A DNA stretch of 64,000 nucleotides from positions 26,752 through 90,751 of the forward strand of contig JAGAEA010000032.1 in the NCBI GenBank assembly GCA_017613355.1, in the 5' to 3' direction. Shown here piece after piece: positions 36,904-45,924 of this stretch (the first letter of the stretch is position 1; each line of letters opens with the position of its first letter). The position numbers were made by a program, and so were the translations under genes. The DNA comes from Clostridia bacterium. Its GTDB lineage: Bacteria; Bacillota; Clostridia; Oscillospirales; CAG-272. The notes below the pieces were generated by a model. The model saw only the letters and a program-made list of their open reading frames with translations. It ran no database searches and was not told where the DNA came from.

Positions 36904-38424
36904 TCAAAACACCATTTTAGGGGAATAGTTCTCAGCAATGTCCTCTTCGACATCGTCTTCCGTGGTGTCCGTTTCATTCTGAATCCGGCTGTTGGTATAT
37001 TCTCTGACGAGTTGTCCTAAGGTTTGGAGTCTTCGCTTCACAGAATCTGTCACGGCACGAATCCGGTTTTGGTCGATATAATTTTCATCCGTATCCTGTG
37101 ACAACACCTCTTTGATGATCTCTTCCACATCGTCCAGTTTCGACAGATCCAGCCAATCGAAAGACCGTACCAGTTTCAATTGTTCCGCGTGGTGATTCTT
37201 GAACGGCTTACAACCGATCTCTTGCCCGGTTCTGATTTGTCCGGGGAGTTTATCGTAACCCAACGATGATCCGCTGTCATAGATGGGAGCCATACCGATC
37301 CATTCCAATGTTTCGGCGTTCCTCAATGCGCCGAAATTGTTGAAATGTCTGTCCTCGTTCGCAATGATATAATCTAACGTGATCATCCGATCAAGGAACG
37401 GTTCGGCATCTTTGATTCCAAGCGCTTCACAGCAGTTGACAAAGTGCTGATAGACCGACGTGTTATTGTTCTTTTTCTGTGTCATCATGATGCGCCACGC
37501 GGGGATCAGTTCGGTGTTCTCGTCCACAAAGTCTTCACAGACCGAATACGGAGCGTTCTTGTTCCAGACCAATGTGTACGGCACCTGAGGGATCCCGAGT
37601 CTTTCCATGATTTTTGACGCGATGACCTCATTGAAAGGTTGCTGACGAAACGGATTGGACCCGCCTTTGATAAGGCTTCGCTTGCCGTTAATGATCTTCC
37701 ATCGTTTTTTCAGAAAGCCGTCCGAGGTGTTATCCGGAGAGGAAAAGTTCAGTTTGTTTGCTTTTTTGGGTGCGCCGAACAGAACATCTCCGATATCATC
37801 CGAGAACGGATGCTGAAAGAAGTTGATTTCGTCCCACGATAAATTGCTTCTTTCCGGTTTGACCCAGTATTGGTCCGACAGGCTTAATCCGTAGCAGCGG
37901 ATCAACAGCATTTTGGTATTGGAAATTTCAAGCGTTTCAAGCGCTTCCCGAATCCCGCTTCTGCTTGCGGGAATGGATCTATCCGTCCACCATTCATTGA
38001 GAGCCTTTCGATCCGCAATCCCATGTCTGATCGGAATTCCGACCGGGAGATGTTCGGGAGCATATATTTCTCCGATTTTTTGGATAAACCCGGTCGCGTC
38101 GTCAAGTTCAATAGAAGCCACCGGTATTCTTTTATGCATCAGCGTGCATTTCATAACATTCACCTCATTTCTTCTGCTGTTCTTCGGCGGTGTCTTTTTC
38201 AAAGCACGGATTTGTGCCTGTAATTCTTTTCTCTCGTCGATCAGTTTTGCAAGCTGTTCGACTTCATCGTTTTTGATATATCTGCTTTGCTTACTTCCGC
38301 TCTCCGACCATTGATGGTAATAGTAAACCGTCCCGCCGATTGTCTTTTTCGAGATATATCCTTTTGGGAGTTCCTTGATCCTCGCGGTTAATTCGGCAAG
38401 ATACTTCAGTGTTTCGTTCTCCAT
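36904..38424 (-). CDS. HipA-like Ser/Thr kinase domain protein with an ~85-aa N-terminal extension
   Basis: 506 aa with the catalytic-loop motif IANEDRHFNNFG. The gene is visibly more AT-rich than its neighbours. Confidence 0.7.
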   Translation of the reverse strand: MENETLKYLAELTARIKELPKGYISKKTIGGTVYYYHQWSESGSKQSRYIKNDEVEQLAKLIDERKELQAQIRALKKTPPKNSRRNEVNVMKCTLMHKRIPVASIELDDATGFIQKIGEIYAPEHLPVGIPIRHGIADRKALNEWWTDRSIPASRSGIREALETLEISNTKMLLIRCYGLSLSDQYWVKPERSNLSWDEINFFQHPFSDDIGDVLFGAPKKANKLNFSSPDNTSDGFLKKRWKIINGKRSLIKGGSNPFRQQPFNEVIASKIMERLGIPQVPYTLVWNKNAPYSVCEDFVDENTELIPAWRIMMTQKKNNNTSVYQHFVNCCEALGIKDAEPFLDRMITLDYIIANEDRHFNNFGALRNAETLEWIGMAPIYDSGSSLGYDKLPGQIRTGQEIGCKPFKNHHAEQLKLVRSFDWLDLSKLDDVEEIIKEVLSQDTDENYIDQNRIRAVTDSVKRRLQTLGQLVREYTNSRIQNETDTTEDDVEEDIAENYSPKMVF

Positions 38425-38462
38425 TTGACTACCCTTTCATTTATAGAGCTTCACACTACATA

Positions 38463-38491
38463 TTATACCCCAAATTAACCCCTTTGTCAAG
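38463..38491 (-). promoter_or_regulatory. Consensus sigma-A promoter of the HipA-like cassette
   Basis: On the minus strand: TTGACA (38491-38486), a 17-nt spacer, then TATAAT (38468-38463). Confidence 0.7.
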
Positions 38492-38508
38492 TATATTCAA
38501 ATGTTTTT

Positions 38509-40338
38509 TTATCTGCCTCCCGCACTACCAAACAGCGCGGCTTTGTAGTCGGGCGCGATGACCTGCAAGAGATACCGTTCGTTCCCGCACTTATAGAGGC
38601 AAGTTCCGCGTTCGGGATATTTGATCAGGTCATACTCGGCTTGTTCCAACTGCAAGGTGTCCATAAAGTCTTTCGGGTTGATGTTGCCTGCGTTGAAGAG
38701 AAACTGATGCGTCGGAATGCTGAACAACGGCTTGGTCAGTTCCTTGATATCGGGCAATAAAAAATCCTCGATATTCTGGCTTGCCAGCAGGATCGAGGAG
38801 TCCTTTTTCCGTACCCGTTTGGAGGCGTTCCGGATGTATTCGATGGCTGTCCGGTTCGTGAGGAACAGGTACAACTCGTCAATGGAAGCCGCCGTGTTGC
38901 CTTTCGTCAGGAGCTTGTGGTTCATGTAGGACAGGATGTTGAACAGCATCGCGTCCTTGAGCTTCTTGTTGGATTCCATCAGTCCCTTGACACCGAACAC
39001 CAGGAATCGGTCATCGGAAATGTTGGTATGCCCGTTGAAGAATTTGCTCTCGGCTCCGACGCACATGGAGTGAAGCCCAAGGCACAGTTCCCGCAGCAGG
39101 TCTTCCGTGAACAGAGACTTGCTGCCTTTTTCGTACTTCTGGTACTCACTTTCCACGATCAGATACAGGTCGCCCACGGTGGGATAGTCCTTTGCGCCGA
39201 GACGATCATAGTCGGTACTGTCCGTGATGCCGTACTCGCCGTAGAGCTTAGTCAGAAGGATCTCCAACGCGTCCAGTTGGGCTTGGTCAAAGTCCTTATA
39301 GACACGGAAGAAGTCCTTGAGGAAACTGATATGTTGGGACAGTCTGGTTGCCTTACGAAATGCCTCAGGGCTTTCGGGATCGTTTTCCTCTCTGGCTTGA
39401 TCGTTCCATTCCTTCGGCTCCAGCGGATTGATGATATACTCCCCGCTCATCAGATCGAGGTAGCACCCACCGAGATTGCGGCAGAGAGATTCGTATTCCT
39501 GCTCCGCGTCGAGGCAGATGACCGATTTGCCGGACATCCGCAGATTGGTCAGGAGCAGTTTTAGGAGGTAGGACTTGCCCTGACCGCTGTTGCCGAGGAT
39601 CAGGATATTGGAGTTGGTCTTGTCGTCGGTGCGGCGGTCGAAGTCCACGAGGATGTTCGTCCCGAACTTGTCCTTCCCGATGTAGAAGCCGTCCGGGTCG
39701 GTCTTGCCCGAATAGTTGAAGGGATAAAGGTTGGCAACCGAGGACGCTGGCAGGATGCGTTCAAACAGACTGCCAAAGGCGTTATGCCCGCAGGGAAGGC
39801 AGGAGAGGAAGCCCTCTTTCTGCCGTAAAGTCAGCCGATCCACCGACAGTTTTTCACGGGTCAGTTCCATGCTGACGTCGGATTGCAGTTCCCGCAGTTT
39901 TTCCAGAGTCGGCGCGGTCAGTTCAAGGAACACCGCGCAGTGCAGGAGAGGTTCGCGGTCGCGGCGCAGATCGTTCAGAAGTTCCGCAACGTCTTCGAGG
40001 TTGCCCTCGCCGGTGACGGTGTCCTGCACATCGTTTGAGTTCGCCAGGAGGCGATTCTTTCGCGTCGCGTTCTGCAGGATCTTTCTTTGCTCGATCCCGT
40101 CCACAAACCGGCTGTAGATATGCAGGGTCAGCGATTCTTTGTCCCCGAAGCGGGAGAGGATGGCTTGGTCGGTCGTGCCGGGCGGGTAATCCTTGATCGC
40201 CCAGACACAGCGATAACTGTCGCCGCAGATGAAATGATCCGTATAGAAGCGGATGGCGGCGGGGGCGATCATATCGAAGAAATCCTTGACGTATTCTTCG
40301 CTCTGAAGCACTTCGCGCGGTAATGGGTTCTTTTTCAT
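38509..40338 (-). CDS. VirB4-family conjugative ATPase, C-terminal ~609-aa cistron
   Basis: It has the Walker A motif LGNSGQGKSYLLK. The ATG at 40338 is preceded by AAGGAG at a 7-nt spacing, starting right after the upstream stop. Confidence 0.8.
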   Translation of the reverse strand: MKKNPLPREVLQSEEYVKDFFDMIAPAAIRFYTDHFICGDSYRCVWAIKDYPPGTTDQAILSRFGDKESLTLHIYSRFVDGIEQRKILQNATRKNRLLANSNDVQDTVTGEGNLEDVAELLNDLRRDREPLLHCAVFLELTAPTLEKLRELQSDVSMELTREKLSVDRLTLRQKEGFLSCLPCGHNAFGSLFERILPASSVANLYPFNYSGKTDPDGFYIGKDKFGTNILVDFDRRTDDKTNSNILILGNSGQGKSYLLKLLLTNLRMSGKSVICLDAEQEYESLCRNLGGCYLDLMSGEYIINPLEPKEWNDQAREENDPESPEAFRKATRLSQHISFLKDFFRVYKDFDQAQLDALEILLTKLYGEYGITDSTDYDRLGAKDYPTVGDLYLIVESEYQKYEKGSKSLFTEDLLRELCLGLHSMCVGAESKFFNGHTNISDDRFLVFGVKGLMESNKKLKDAMLFNILSYMNHKLLTKGNTAASIDELYLFLTNRTAIEYIRNASKRVRKKDSSILLASQNIEDFLLPDIKELTKPLFSIPTHQFLFNAGNINPKDFMDTLQLEQAEYDLIKYPERGTCLYKCGNERYLLQVIAPDYKAALFGSAGGR

Positions 40339-40349
40339 ATACACTCCTT

Positions 40350-40925
40350 TCATGTTTCGGGGATAAACCACCGGCGGATGGCATTTTCACCATCCACGTC
40401 TTCGGGCGGTTCTTCGGTCAGGTATCCGAAGTAACGGGAGAGGAACCGTTTGATGTCCTTTTTGGTTGCCCGCTTGCAGTCGAATCCCTGGTCGTTGATC
40501 TGTTTTTCCAGACGGTTGAGCGTGGCGAAGGACTGTTCCTCGCTTCCGTTCCCGACCCGATAGCAGAAGAGGAATTCCCGCGCCGTTGACATTTTCAGTT
40601 GGATGTCATCGAGAAACTTGCGGTCTTTCCGCAAGAGCTGCTGGATCTTCGGGTTCTGCTCTCTTTCTGTTTTTCTGCCAAGTGACAGTTTCACCTGTTC
40701 AAAGTTCTCCCGCGCGTCGGTGCAGATGATCTCCAGATCGGGCTGAACCGAGAGCAGTTGCATGAGCCGACGGATCTTCACCGTTACGGTTTCCTCGGAC
40801 AGCACCGAGAGGTTGGACGGCTGCACGCGGAAGAACACCAGCTCGCCGTGGTCGGTTTGCAGTCCGTTCCTGGTGAAGTGGCGAACCCCGAGCAGTTCTT
40901 TGGTTGAATTTTGTTTTTTCGGCAT
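40350..40925 (-). CDS. VirB4 N-terminal-domain-like protein (separate 191-aa cistron)
   Basis: It sits between the VirB3-like and VirB4 ATPase genes. 191 + 609 aa equals a typical ~800-aa Firmicutes VirB4. The N-terminal layout (FTRNGLQTDHGELVFFRVQPSNLSVLS) resembles VirB4 N-domains. Confidence 0.5.
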   Translation of the reverse strand: MPKKQNSTKELLGVRHFTRNGLQTDHGELVFFRVQPSNLSVLSEETVTVKIRRLMQLLSVQPDLEIICTDARENFEQVKLSLGRKTEREQNPKIQQLLRKDRKFLDDIQLKMSTAREFLFCYRVGNGSEEQSFATLNRLEKQINDQGFDCKRATKKDIKRFLSRYFGYLTEEPPEDVDGENAIRRWFIPET

Positions 40926-40928
40926 TGG

Positions 40929-41201
40929 TTATTCATCTTCCTTCCATTCGTATTTTTGTTGCGTCCCAACGAAGAAACGCCAAGCCCGCAGGATGTAATC
41001 CAATACCGAAGATTCATCCGCGCGGATGGTGAGGAACGCATAGACCAGCGTGAACGCTGCGGGCGGGATCCAGCCGAGTTTTGCCCGCGCGATCACCGAC
41101 AGGGTGATGAACACCCCGAGCAGAATGATATCGCGCAGGTTCCAAAACCACAGCTTCGCGCTCGTTTTCATGTTCTGTGGGTAGAGATATTGTTTTTTCA
41201 T
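40929..41201 (-). CDS. VirB3-like (PrgI family) small membrane protein
   Basis: 90 aa with two hydrophobic segments. A GAGGTGA RBS precedes the ATG at 41201. The 215-aa track ORF has an implausible extension that overlaps the VirB6-like gene. Confidence 0.6.
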   Translation of the reverse strand: MKKQYLYPQNMKTSAKLWFWNLRDIILLGVFITLSVIARAKLGWIPPAAFTLVYAFLTIRADESSVLDYILRAWRFFVGTQQKYEWKEDE

Positions 41202-41212
41202 AGTCTTTGTGA

Positions 41213-42145
41213 TCACCTCTTTGCGATAGCTCTGCCAAGATTGATGGCGGTCGTCGTCGTATGAACGGCGGACATCATATTCACGCGCACGCTCGTGTCC
41301 AGACCGAACTGCTGTGCAATGCGCGGGACTTCGTTTGCCGCGAGCATGACACCGAGTCCGAGAAGCGGATGAGACCGCATCGTAATCAGCCCCATCAAGA
41401 GAAGGGTGGTCTGCATGAAGGTCGTAAAGCAGATGGCAATGATCTGACGGCACCAGCCCGTGAACCCGTCCGTGTAACCGCGCGGCAGACTGAACAGGTG
41501 CAGACTTCCAACCGCGATCTGAATCAGGAGGATCCCGCCGCGCTTGATGTTGGAGAAGAAGCACTTGATGACGCAATAGCCGAAACAGATCACCAGAAGC
41601 AGATTCAGAAGCAGGGTGTTTGCCTGTATCGATGGACCGTTTTGGAAATAGTCGGTCAGAATACTCAACGCAGTATTCTGTACCGACAGATTCATCCCGA
41701 CGGTCTGCGTGATCAGATCTTTGGCAAACCTGCCTTGTAATGTCACGCAGAAACGGAACAGTTCCACGGGGACGACCGTGAAAAGGTTGACCGCCAGCAA
41801 ACCGTAGAGGAAAGGCAGGACCTGCCGTTTGACGTTGATCCTGCCCATGCTCTGATACTCGATGGCGATATCAAAAATAGCGACCGCCAAGCCCGCGATG
41901 AACAGTCCCCATCCGAAGAGGGAGAAGAAATGCAGGGCGGCTTTCACCCAATCGAGATCGAACAGGTTCGCCCCGATTTCTGCCATCCCGGTAAAGAATT
42001 CCGACAGCGCGTTGCAGACATGGAGATAGATCCATTCGAGAAAACGGTCCCAAAGGCTTCCGGCGATTCTCTCCCACACAGATAGGAGTGCCGAGCTGAT
42101 GCTGCTCCCGATGCCGGAGATCAGATCTTTCACCCAGTCAAACAT
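41213..42145 (-). CDS. VirB6/TrbL-like polytopic membrane protein
   Basis: 310 aa with multiple transmembrane segments, positioned between the VirB2-like and VirB3-like genes. Confidence 0.55.
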   Translation of the reverse strand: MFDWVKDLISGIGSSISSALLSVWERIAGSLWDRFLEWIYLHVCNALSEFFTGMAEIGANLFDLDWVKAALHFFSLFGWGLFIAGLAVAIFDIAIEYQSMGRINVKRQVLPFLYGLLAVNLFTVVPVELFRFCVTLQGRFAKDLITQTVGMNLSVQNTALSILTDYFQNGPSIQANTLLLNLLLVICFGYCVIKCFFSNIKRGGILLIQIAVGSLHLFSLPRGYTDGFTGWCRQIIAICFTTFMQTTLLLMGLITMRSHPLLGLGVMLAANEVPRIAQQFGLDTSVRVNMMSAVHTTTTAINLGRAIAKR

Positions 42146-42148
42146 CGG

Positions 42149-42499
42149 TTACATCCCCAGGATCGACCAGATGTACAGCGGGCAGGTCAGAGAGAAGACG
42201 AGCGTGCCGAGCAGGATTGTCGGACCCGCCCATTCAAACTGCCCGTGCTTGCGGTAGTCGAGATAGGCGGTTGCGATCTTGACGAACAGCAAGACCGCCA
42301 GCACCACGTCGATCACAGGAAAGACCACGCGGTTGACCACCTGCTTGATCTGCCCGCTGGCGGCGTTCCAGGTACCTTCCACCGCGCCTGCCACGTCCCC
42401 GGGATCGGATGCGAACGCGGGGATACAGAGAGTGGCGAAAAGGGCTGCACAAATGACAGCCGCAAAGATCCAACGAGTCTTTTTGTTAAAACATTTCAT
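42149..42499 (-). CDS. VirB2/TrbC-like small membrane protein
   Basis: 116 aa with a signal peptide (...LCIPAFASDPG) followed by two hydrophobic helices. Confidence 0.45.
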   Translation of the reverse strand: MKCFNKKTRWIFAAVICAALFATLCIPAFASDPGDVAGAVEGTWNAASGQIKQVVNRVVFPVIDVVLAVLLFVKIATAYLDYRKHGQFEWAGPTILLGTLVFSLTCPLYIWSILGM

Positions 42500-42860
42500 G
42501 TGTCAAAGTCCTTTCTTGTAAGTATTCTTCATATTGTTCCGGTCGGATGTGCCGAACCGGGATGCCATGCGCGTTTGCATAGCGGATTTCGGATTGCATT
42601 CCTTGGCTGATCGTGTCCCCGAAGACCCATAATTCTTCGCATTCGGACAGCAGTCGGATTCCCGCCATCAGGCCGAAGTCCCGTTCTTCGGCAACCTCAT
42701 CGTCCAGAAACTGCGTGAAATAGATATGCGGGGCAATCGGAATCGCCCCACACTCTTTTACAACGTATTCACAGTAGTGCCGTGCCGATCGGATATTGGC
42801 TTCCACGTCACCCCGCAGCGGGGAGCAGACGTACACCAGTTTGGGATTATTGCCCGACAT
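42486..42860 (-). CDS. DUF4406 / nucleoside 2-deoxyribosyltransferase-like protein
   Basis: The KLVYVCSPLRGD...PIAPHIYF...CEELWVFGDTISQGMQSEIRYANAHGIPV pattern fits the family. The ATG at 42860 overlaps the adhesin gene end. Confidence 0.5.
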   Translation of the reverse strand: MSGNNPKLVYVCSPLRGDVEANIRSARHYCEYVVKECGAIPIAPHIYFTQFLDDEVAEERDFGLMAGIRLLSECEELWVFGDTISQGMQSEIRYANAHGIPVRHIRPEQYEEYLQERTLTHEMF

Positions 42861-45135
42861 AGTAATCGTCATAGATGCTGCCCTTGATCCGAATCGAAAC
42901 AGCATTGCTTCGTGAAGTCAGAACCCCGGCAGGTGTCCAGACCTGCGTGGCGGTGACCGATACAGTATAATCTCCATCCGCGACATAAAGAGGGATGAAG
43001 TGCGTCCGCTTGCCGTTGTCAGCAGGGTTTTCCGTGAACGCAAATCCACCGTCCATCTTTTCCAATGAGCGGTATCTTCCAGTCACCGTGGAGTACCCGA
43101 ATTCGGGGAATGTGGCATAGACCGCCTGTACTTCAGAGTATGCATCAGCAGGCGGCATTTCATAACCGGGTAAAACCGTTACCATCGGCGCCACCCGGAT
43201 TGAGAATCCGTATCCCGAACGCATCACCCATGTGCCGTTCTCCTGTGCCGCACTCGCGCAGGATTCATCCGGTGTTACGATTGAAACGGCATCAGCAAAA
43301 GTGATCCCGTAGCGTTTGAGGACGAACCCGCCGTTCTCCCAGATCCATTCGTTCCATTTCATCGTGTTTTTGCTCGAGGTCAGCGGTTCTGTCTGCGCGT
43401 AATCAGCAGGAGCCGTTCGGTCATAGCGCGTGTCCGGTGTCTGCGAGGTCGGGTAGGCTTGAACGACTGTGGAAAAGGACGCACGATTGTCCGTCGGATC
43501 ATCCCCCGAAAGAGGTATTTCCGTATCGAGAACGCACGCGCAGCTCACAGTTTTTCCCGCAAAATCCTGCGGAACCGTCCAATGGAAATACACGAGATTG
43601 GAACTGTCCGATGGGATCACCACACTGCCTTTGGTTTGTTCCGTCAGGATCGTACCGTTGGAAGAAACGGTAAACCGTGCCGTTAATCCATTTTCCGGCG
43701 TAACGTTCTCGGAACCGTCATTGCGGATGACATACGTGGTGACCACAGTCATACCCTCGTAGTAGGGGTTGTTTGTGTTTTCCAGCACTTCAACGGAAAG
43801 CCCGTAGGCAGGACGGCGAACCGAAAGGGTTGCGCTGACTGCGTTGTTGTCGGGATTGGTTTCCGATTGTCGGTTCTCCCAATTCAGCCGCACTTCTACG
43901 GTGTGTTCTCCCGCAACGGTTCCCACATCGAGCGTAAAGGTAACATACGCGATTCCATACGGCTCGAAGTCAAGCGTTCTGCTCCCGATGACCGTACCGT
44001 CATAACAGAGTTCCAGCGGGATCCCGCTGTATGCGTGTACCTGATCCCAACTGTCCGCACGGATAGAAACCGTAACGGTATCTCCACGGTTGACCTGTGA
44101 CGGCAGGGCATCCCACAGCATCAGGGAAAACTCATACTCGGATTCCAGCCAGACGGCATAGAGCGTGCAATCCGAGTTCTCGGTATAGGCATCGCCGGAA
44201 GCATAGGAAACCGTATTCGACCAACTGTTGGTTGCCCAACCAGCGAACGCATAACCGCCTCTTACAGGAACGGTATCCGACAGGGTCAGCGACACGCCGT
44301 AATACTTCTTTTGTGATGCTGGTGCGCCCTCTCCGCCGTTAGCATCATAGGTGACGGTATATTCCTGCAAGGTATAGTAGAAGTTGACGACTACCGTACG
44401 GTTGATACAATAATCCAGTTTCCCGTGTTTGTCCTCATGGAAAGTGGACCAGTCTTTCATGGGTTCGCTTGCGGGGGTGTTCACATAATTGTATCCGAAC
44501 GCGTTTTTCCCGATGTTCTCACTCGCGCCGAGCCACGAATAGGAAAAGTTTCCGGTCAGGGCGGAATTGTACCCATCCTTGATGCGGTAACCCGGGATGG
44601 AAAGTGCTTGCAGATCGACCCAATCATAATAAAAAATATCTTGTCTGTCCGATTGATACAGCGTATCGTTCCCTTTCTCATCGGTCGTATAGTGCCGGAT
44701 AATCAGCGCGATCTGCTCGGACTTGCGGACGGTCACGGTCGCGGTGATGCTTTTTCCGCTGATCATCCCGGTGAACTTGTAGGAGATCTGGATATAGCCG
44801 TATTTCCCAAGCCCGGTACCGCTTGCCCATGTCAGTTTGCAACTTTGAAATAGTCCCGCGTTACTGGTAAAATCAGTAATGTCGTAGCCATATAAGGACA
44901 GGGAGATCAGGTCATCCACATCCCGCTTGGTGTGGTAGGTCACGCTCTTGACGATCTCTCCCGTGTCCTTGTCCACGCAGTGGACATAGACGATGCGATT
45001 ACATTCATCGGCGGGATATTCGTATTCTTCGGAGGCGCTTCCGTCTGGTTCGTAAGCGCCGACCGACAGCGCCAGAAAAAATGCCAGAAGGAATCCGAAA
45101 ACACAAGCGAACAGAATCTTATTCCGTTGTTTCAT
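42847..45135 (-). CDS. Large secreted adhesin-like protein with a Listeria-Bacteroides repeat
   Basis: It has a signal peptide after the ATG at 45135, with an AAAGGAG RBS. The block YTVTYDANGGEGAPASQKKYYGVSLTLSDTVPVRGGYAFAGWATN matches the Listeria-Bacteroides repeat. It has no LPXTG motif and no C-terminal anchor. Confidence 0.65.
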   Translation of the reverse strand: MKQRNKILFACVFGFLLAFFLALSVGAYEPDGSASEEYEYPADECNRIVYVHCVDKDTGEIVKSVTYHTKRDVDDLISLSLYGYDITDFTSNAGLFQSCKLTWASGTGLGKYGYIQISYKFTGMISGKSITATVTVRKSEQIALIIRHYTTDEKGNDTLYQSDRQDIFYYDWVDLQALSIPGYRIKDGYNSALTGNFSYSWLGASENIGKNAFGYNYVNTPASEPMKDWSTFHEDKHGKLDYCINRTVVVNFYYTLQEYTVTYDANGGEGAPASQKKYYGVSLTLSDTVPVRGGYAFAGWATNSWSNTVSYASGDAYTENSDCTLYAVWLESEYEFSLMLWDALPSQVNRGDTVTVSIRADSWDQVHAYSGIPLELCYDGTVIGSRTLDFEPYGIAYVTFTLDVGTVAGEHTVEVRLNWENRQSETNPDNNAVSATLSVRRPAYGLSVEVLENTNNPYYEGMTVVTTYVIRNDGSENVTPENGLTARFTVSSNGTILTEQTKGSVVIPSDSSNLVYFHWTVPQDFAGKTVSCACVLDTEIPLSGDDPTDNRASFSTVVQAYPTSQTPDTRYDRTAPADYAQTEPLTSSKNTMKWNEWIWENGGFVLKRYGITFADAVSIVTPDESCASAAQENGTWVMRSGYGFSIRVAPMVTVLPGYEMPPADAYSEVQAVYATFPEFGYSTVTGRYRSLEKMDGGFAFTENPADNGKRTHFIPLYVADGDYTVSVTATQVWTPAGVLTSRSNAVSIRIKGSIYDDYYVGQ

Positions 45136-45433
45136 CGGGAATCTCCTTTCTGTCATAGATTACCTGCCCGTCCACCACTTGTGCGGGAGAGGGCTTCGGT
45201 GCGAGATCGAGGACATCCAGATCCAATTCTCCGCTTTGTGCGGAAATCTCTTTTGTCATTGGTACAAGGATTTCATCATGGGTCGGTTCTTCCGATTCTT
45301 CCATTTCTTCTGTCATCCTTGACGGATCGCCTTTGGAAGTTGGTCTGATGTTCCAAAGAGAGATGCCTGCAACTGCAATTGCCAGCAGGATTGCCGACAC
45401 CAGCGCAATGTATAAAGTCTTGGTAATTCGCAT
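45119..45433 (-). CDS. Small N-terminally anchored acidic protein
   Basis: It has an AAAGGAG RBS and one transmembrane segment (LYIALVSAILLAIAVAGISLW). Confidence 0.5.
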   Translation of the reverse strand: MRITKTLYIALVSAILLAIAVAGISLWNIRPTSKGDPSRMTEEMEESEEPTHDEILVPMTKEISAQSGELDLDVLDLAPKPSPAQVVDGQVIYDRKEIPDETTE

Positions 45434-45444
45434 AGTTGCTCCTT

Positions 45445-45915
45445 TCATTTGGCTTTGTAAAAACTGCTGACCGTAACCGGAATTGTCAGGTCAGCAAAGG
45501 TAATTCCGTTCCATCGGACGGGCAGGATGACCTGATATCGGATGGTTGCTCCGTAGCCGTTGTTAAAGGAAACGGTCACCTCCGGGCGGGTCATGGTACA
45601 CGCGCCGTTCGGATACTCGTAGGTTTCCTGTGTTTCGTCGGCAAAGCCCAAGGCGGGACAAACCCCGTCCTCAAACGTCTGCCGATCCAGATAATCGGCA
45701 TAGTCCGTTCCGTGTTTCAGCCCTTCAAAGGCATCCACGGCATAGGACGAGACGTACCCGTCCAGCAGGGCTTGCACATCGCGTTTCTGTGCGGCGACCT
45801 GCGATGTCAGCCCGATATAAAGGAACAGAACCGAGAACAGCATGGAAGCGATGAGAACGACCACGCAGAGCCATACATAGGAATTGCCCCGCTTGTTTTC
45901 GAGTGCTTTTTTCAT
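45445..45915 (-). CDS. TadE-like / pseudopilin-like protein
   Basis: The N-terminus is NKRGNSYVWLCVVVLIASMLF, a class-III-like leader plus hydrophobic helix. Confidence 0.5.
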   Translation of the reverse strand: MKKALENKRGNSYVWLCVVVLIASMLFSVLFLYIGLTSQVAAQKRDVQALLDGYVSSYAVDAFEGLKHGTDYADYLDRQTFEDGVCPALGFADETQETYEYPNGACTMTRPEVTVSFNNGYGATIRYQVILPVRWNGITFADLTIPVTVSSFYKAK

Positions 45916-45924
45916 ACCGGTTCC

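Noticed and set aside
40929-41576. 215-aa version of the VirB3-like ORF.
   Set aside because: The upstream 125 codons overlap the VirB6-like gene and read as Arg/His/Ser-rich nonsense. An RBS precedes the internal ATG at 41201, which gives a 90-aa two-TM protein.
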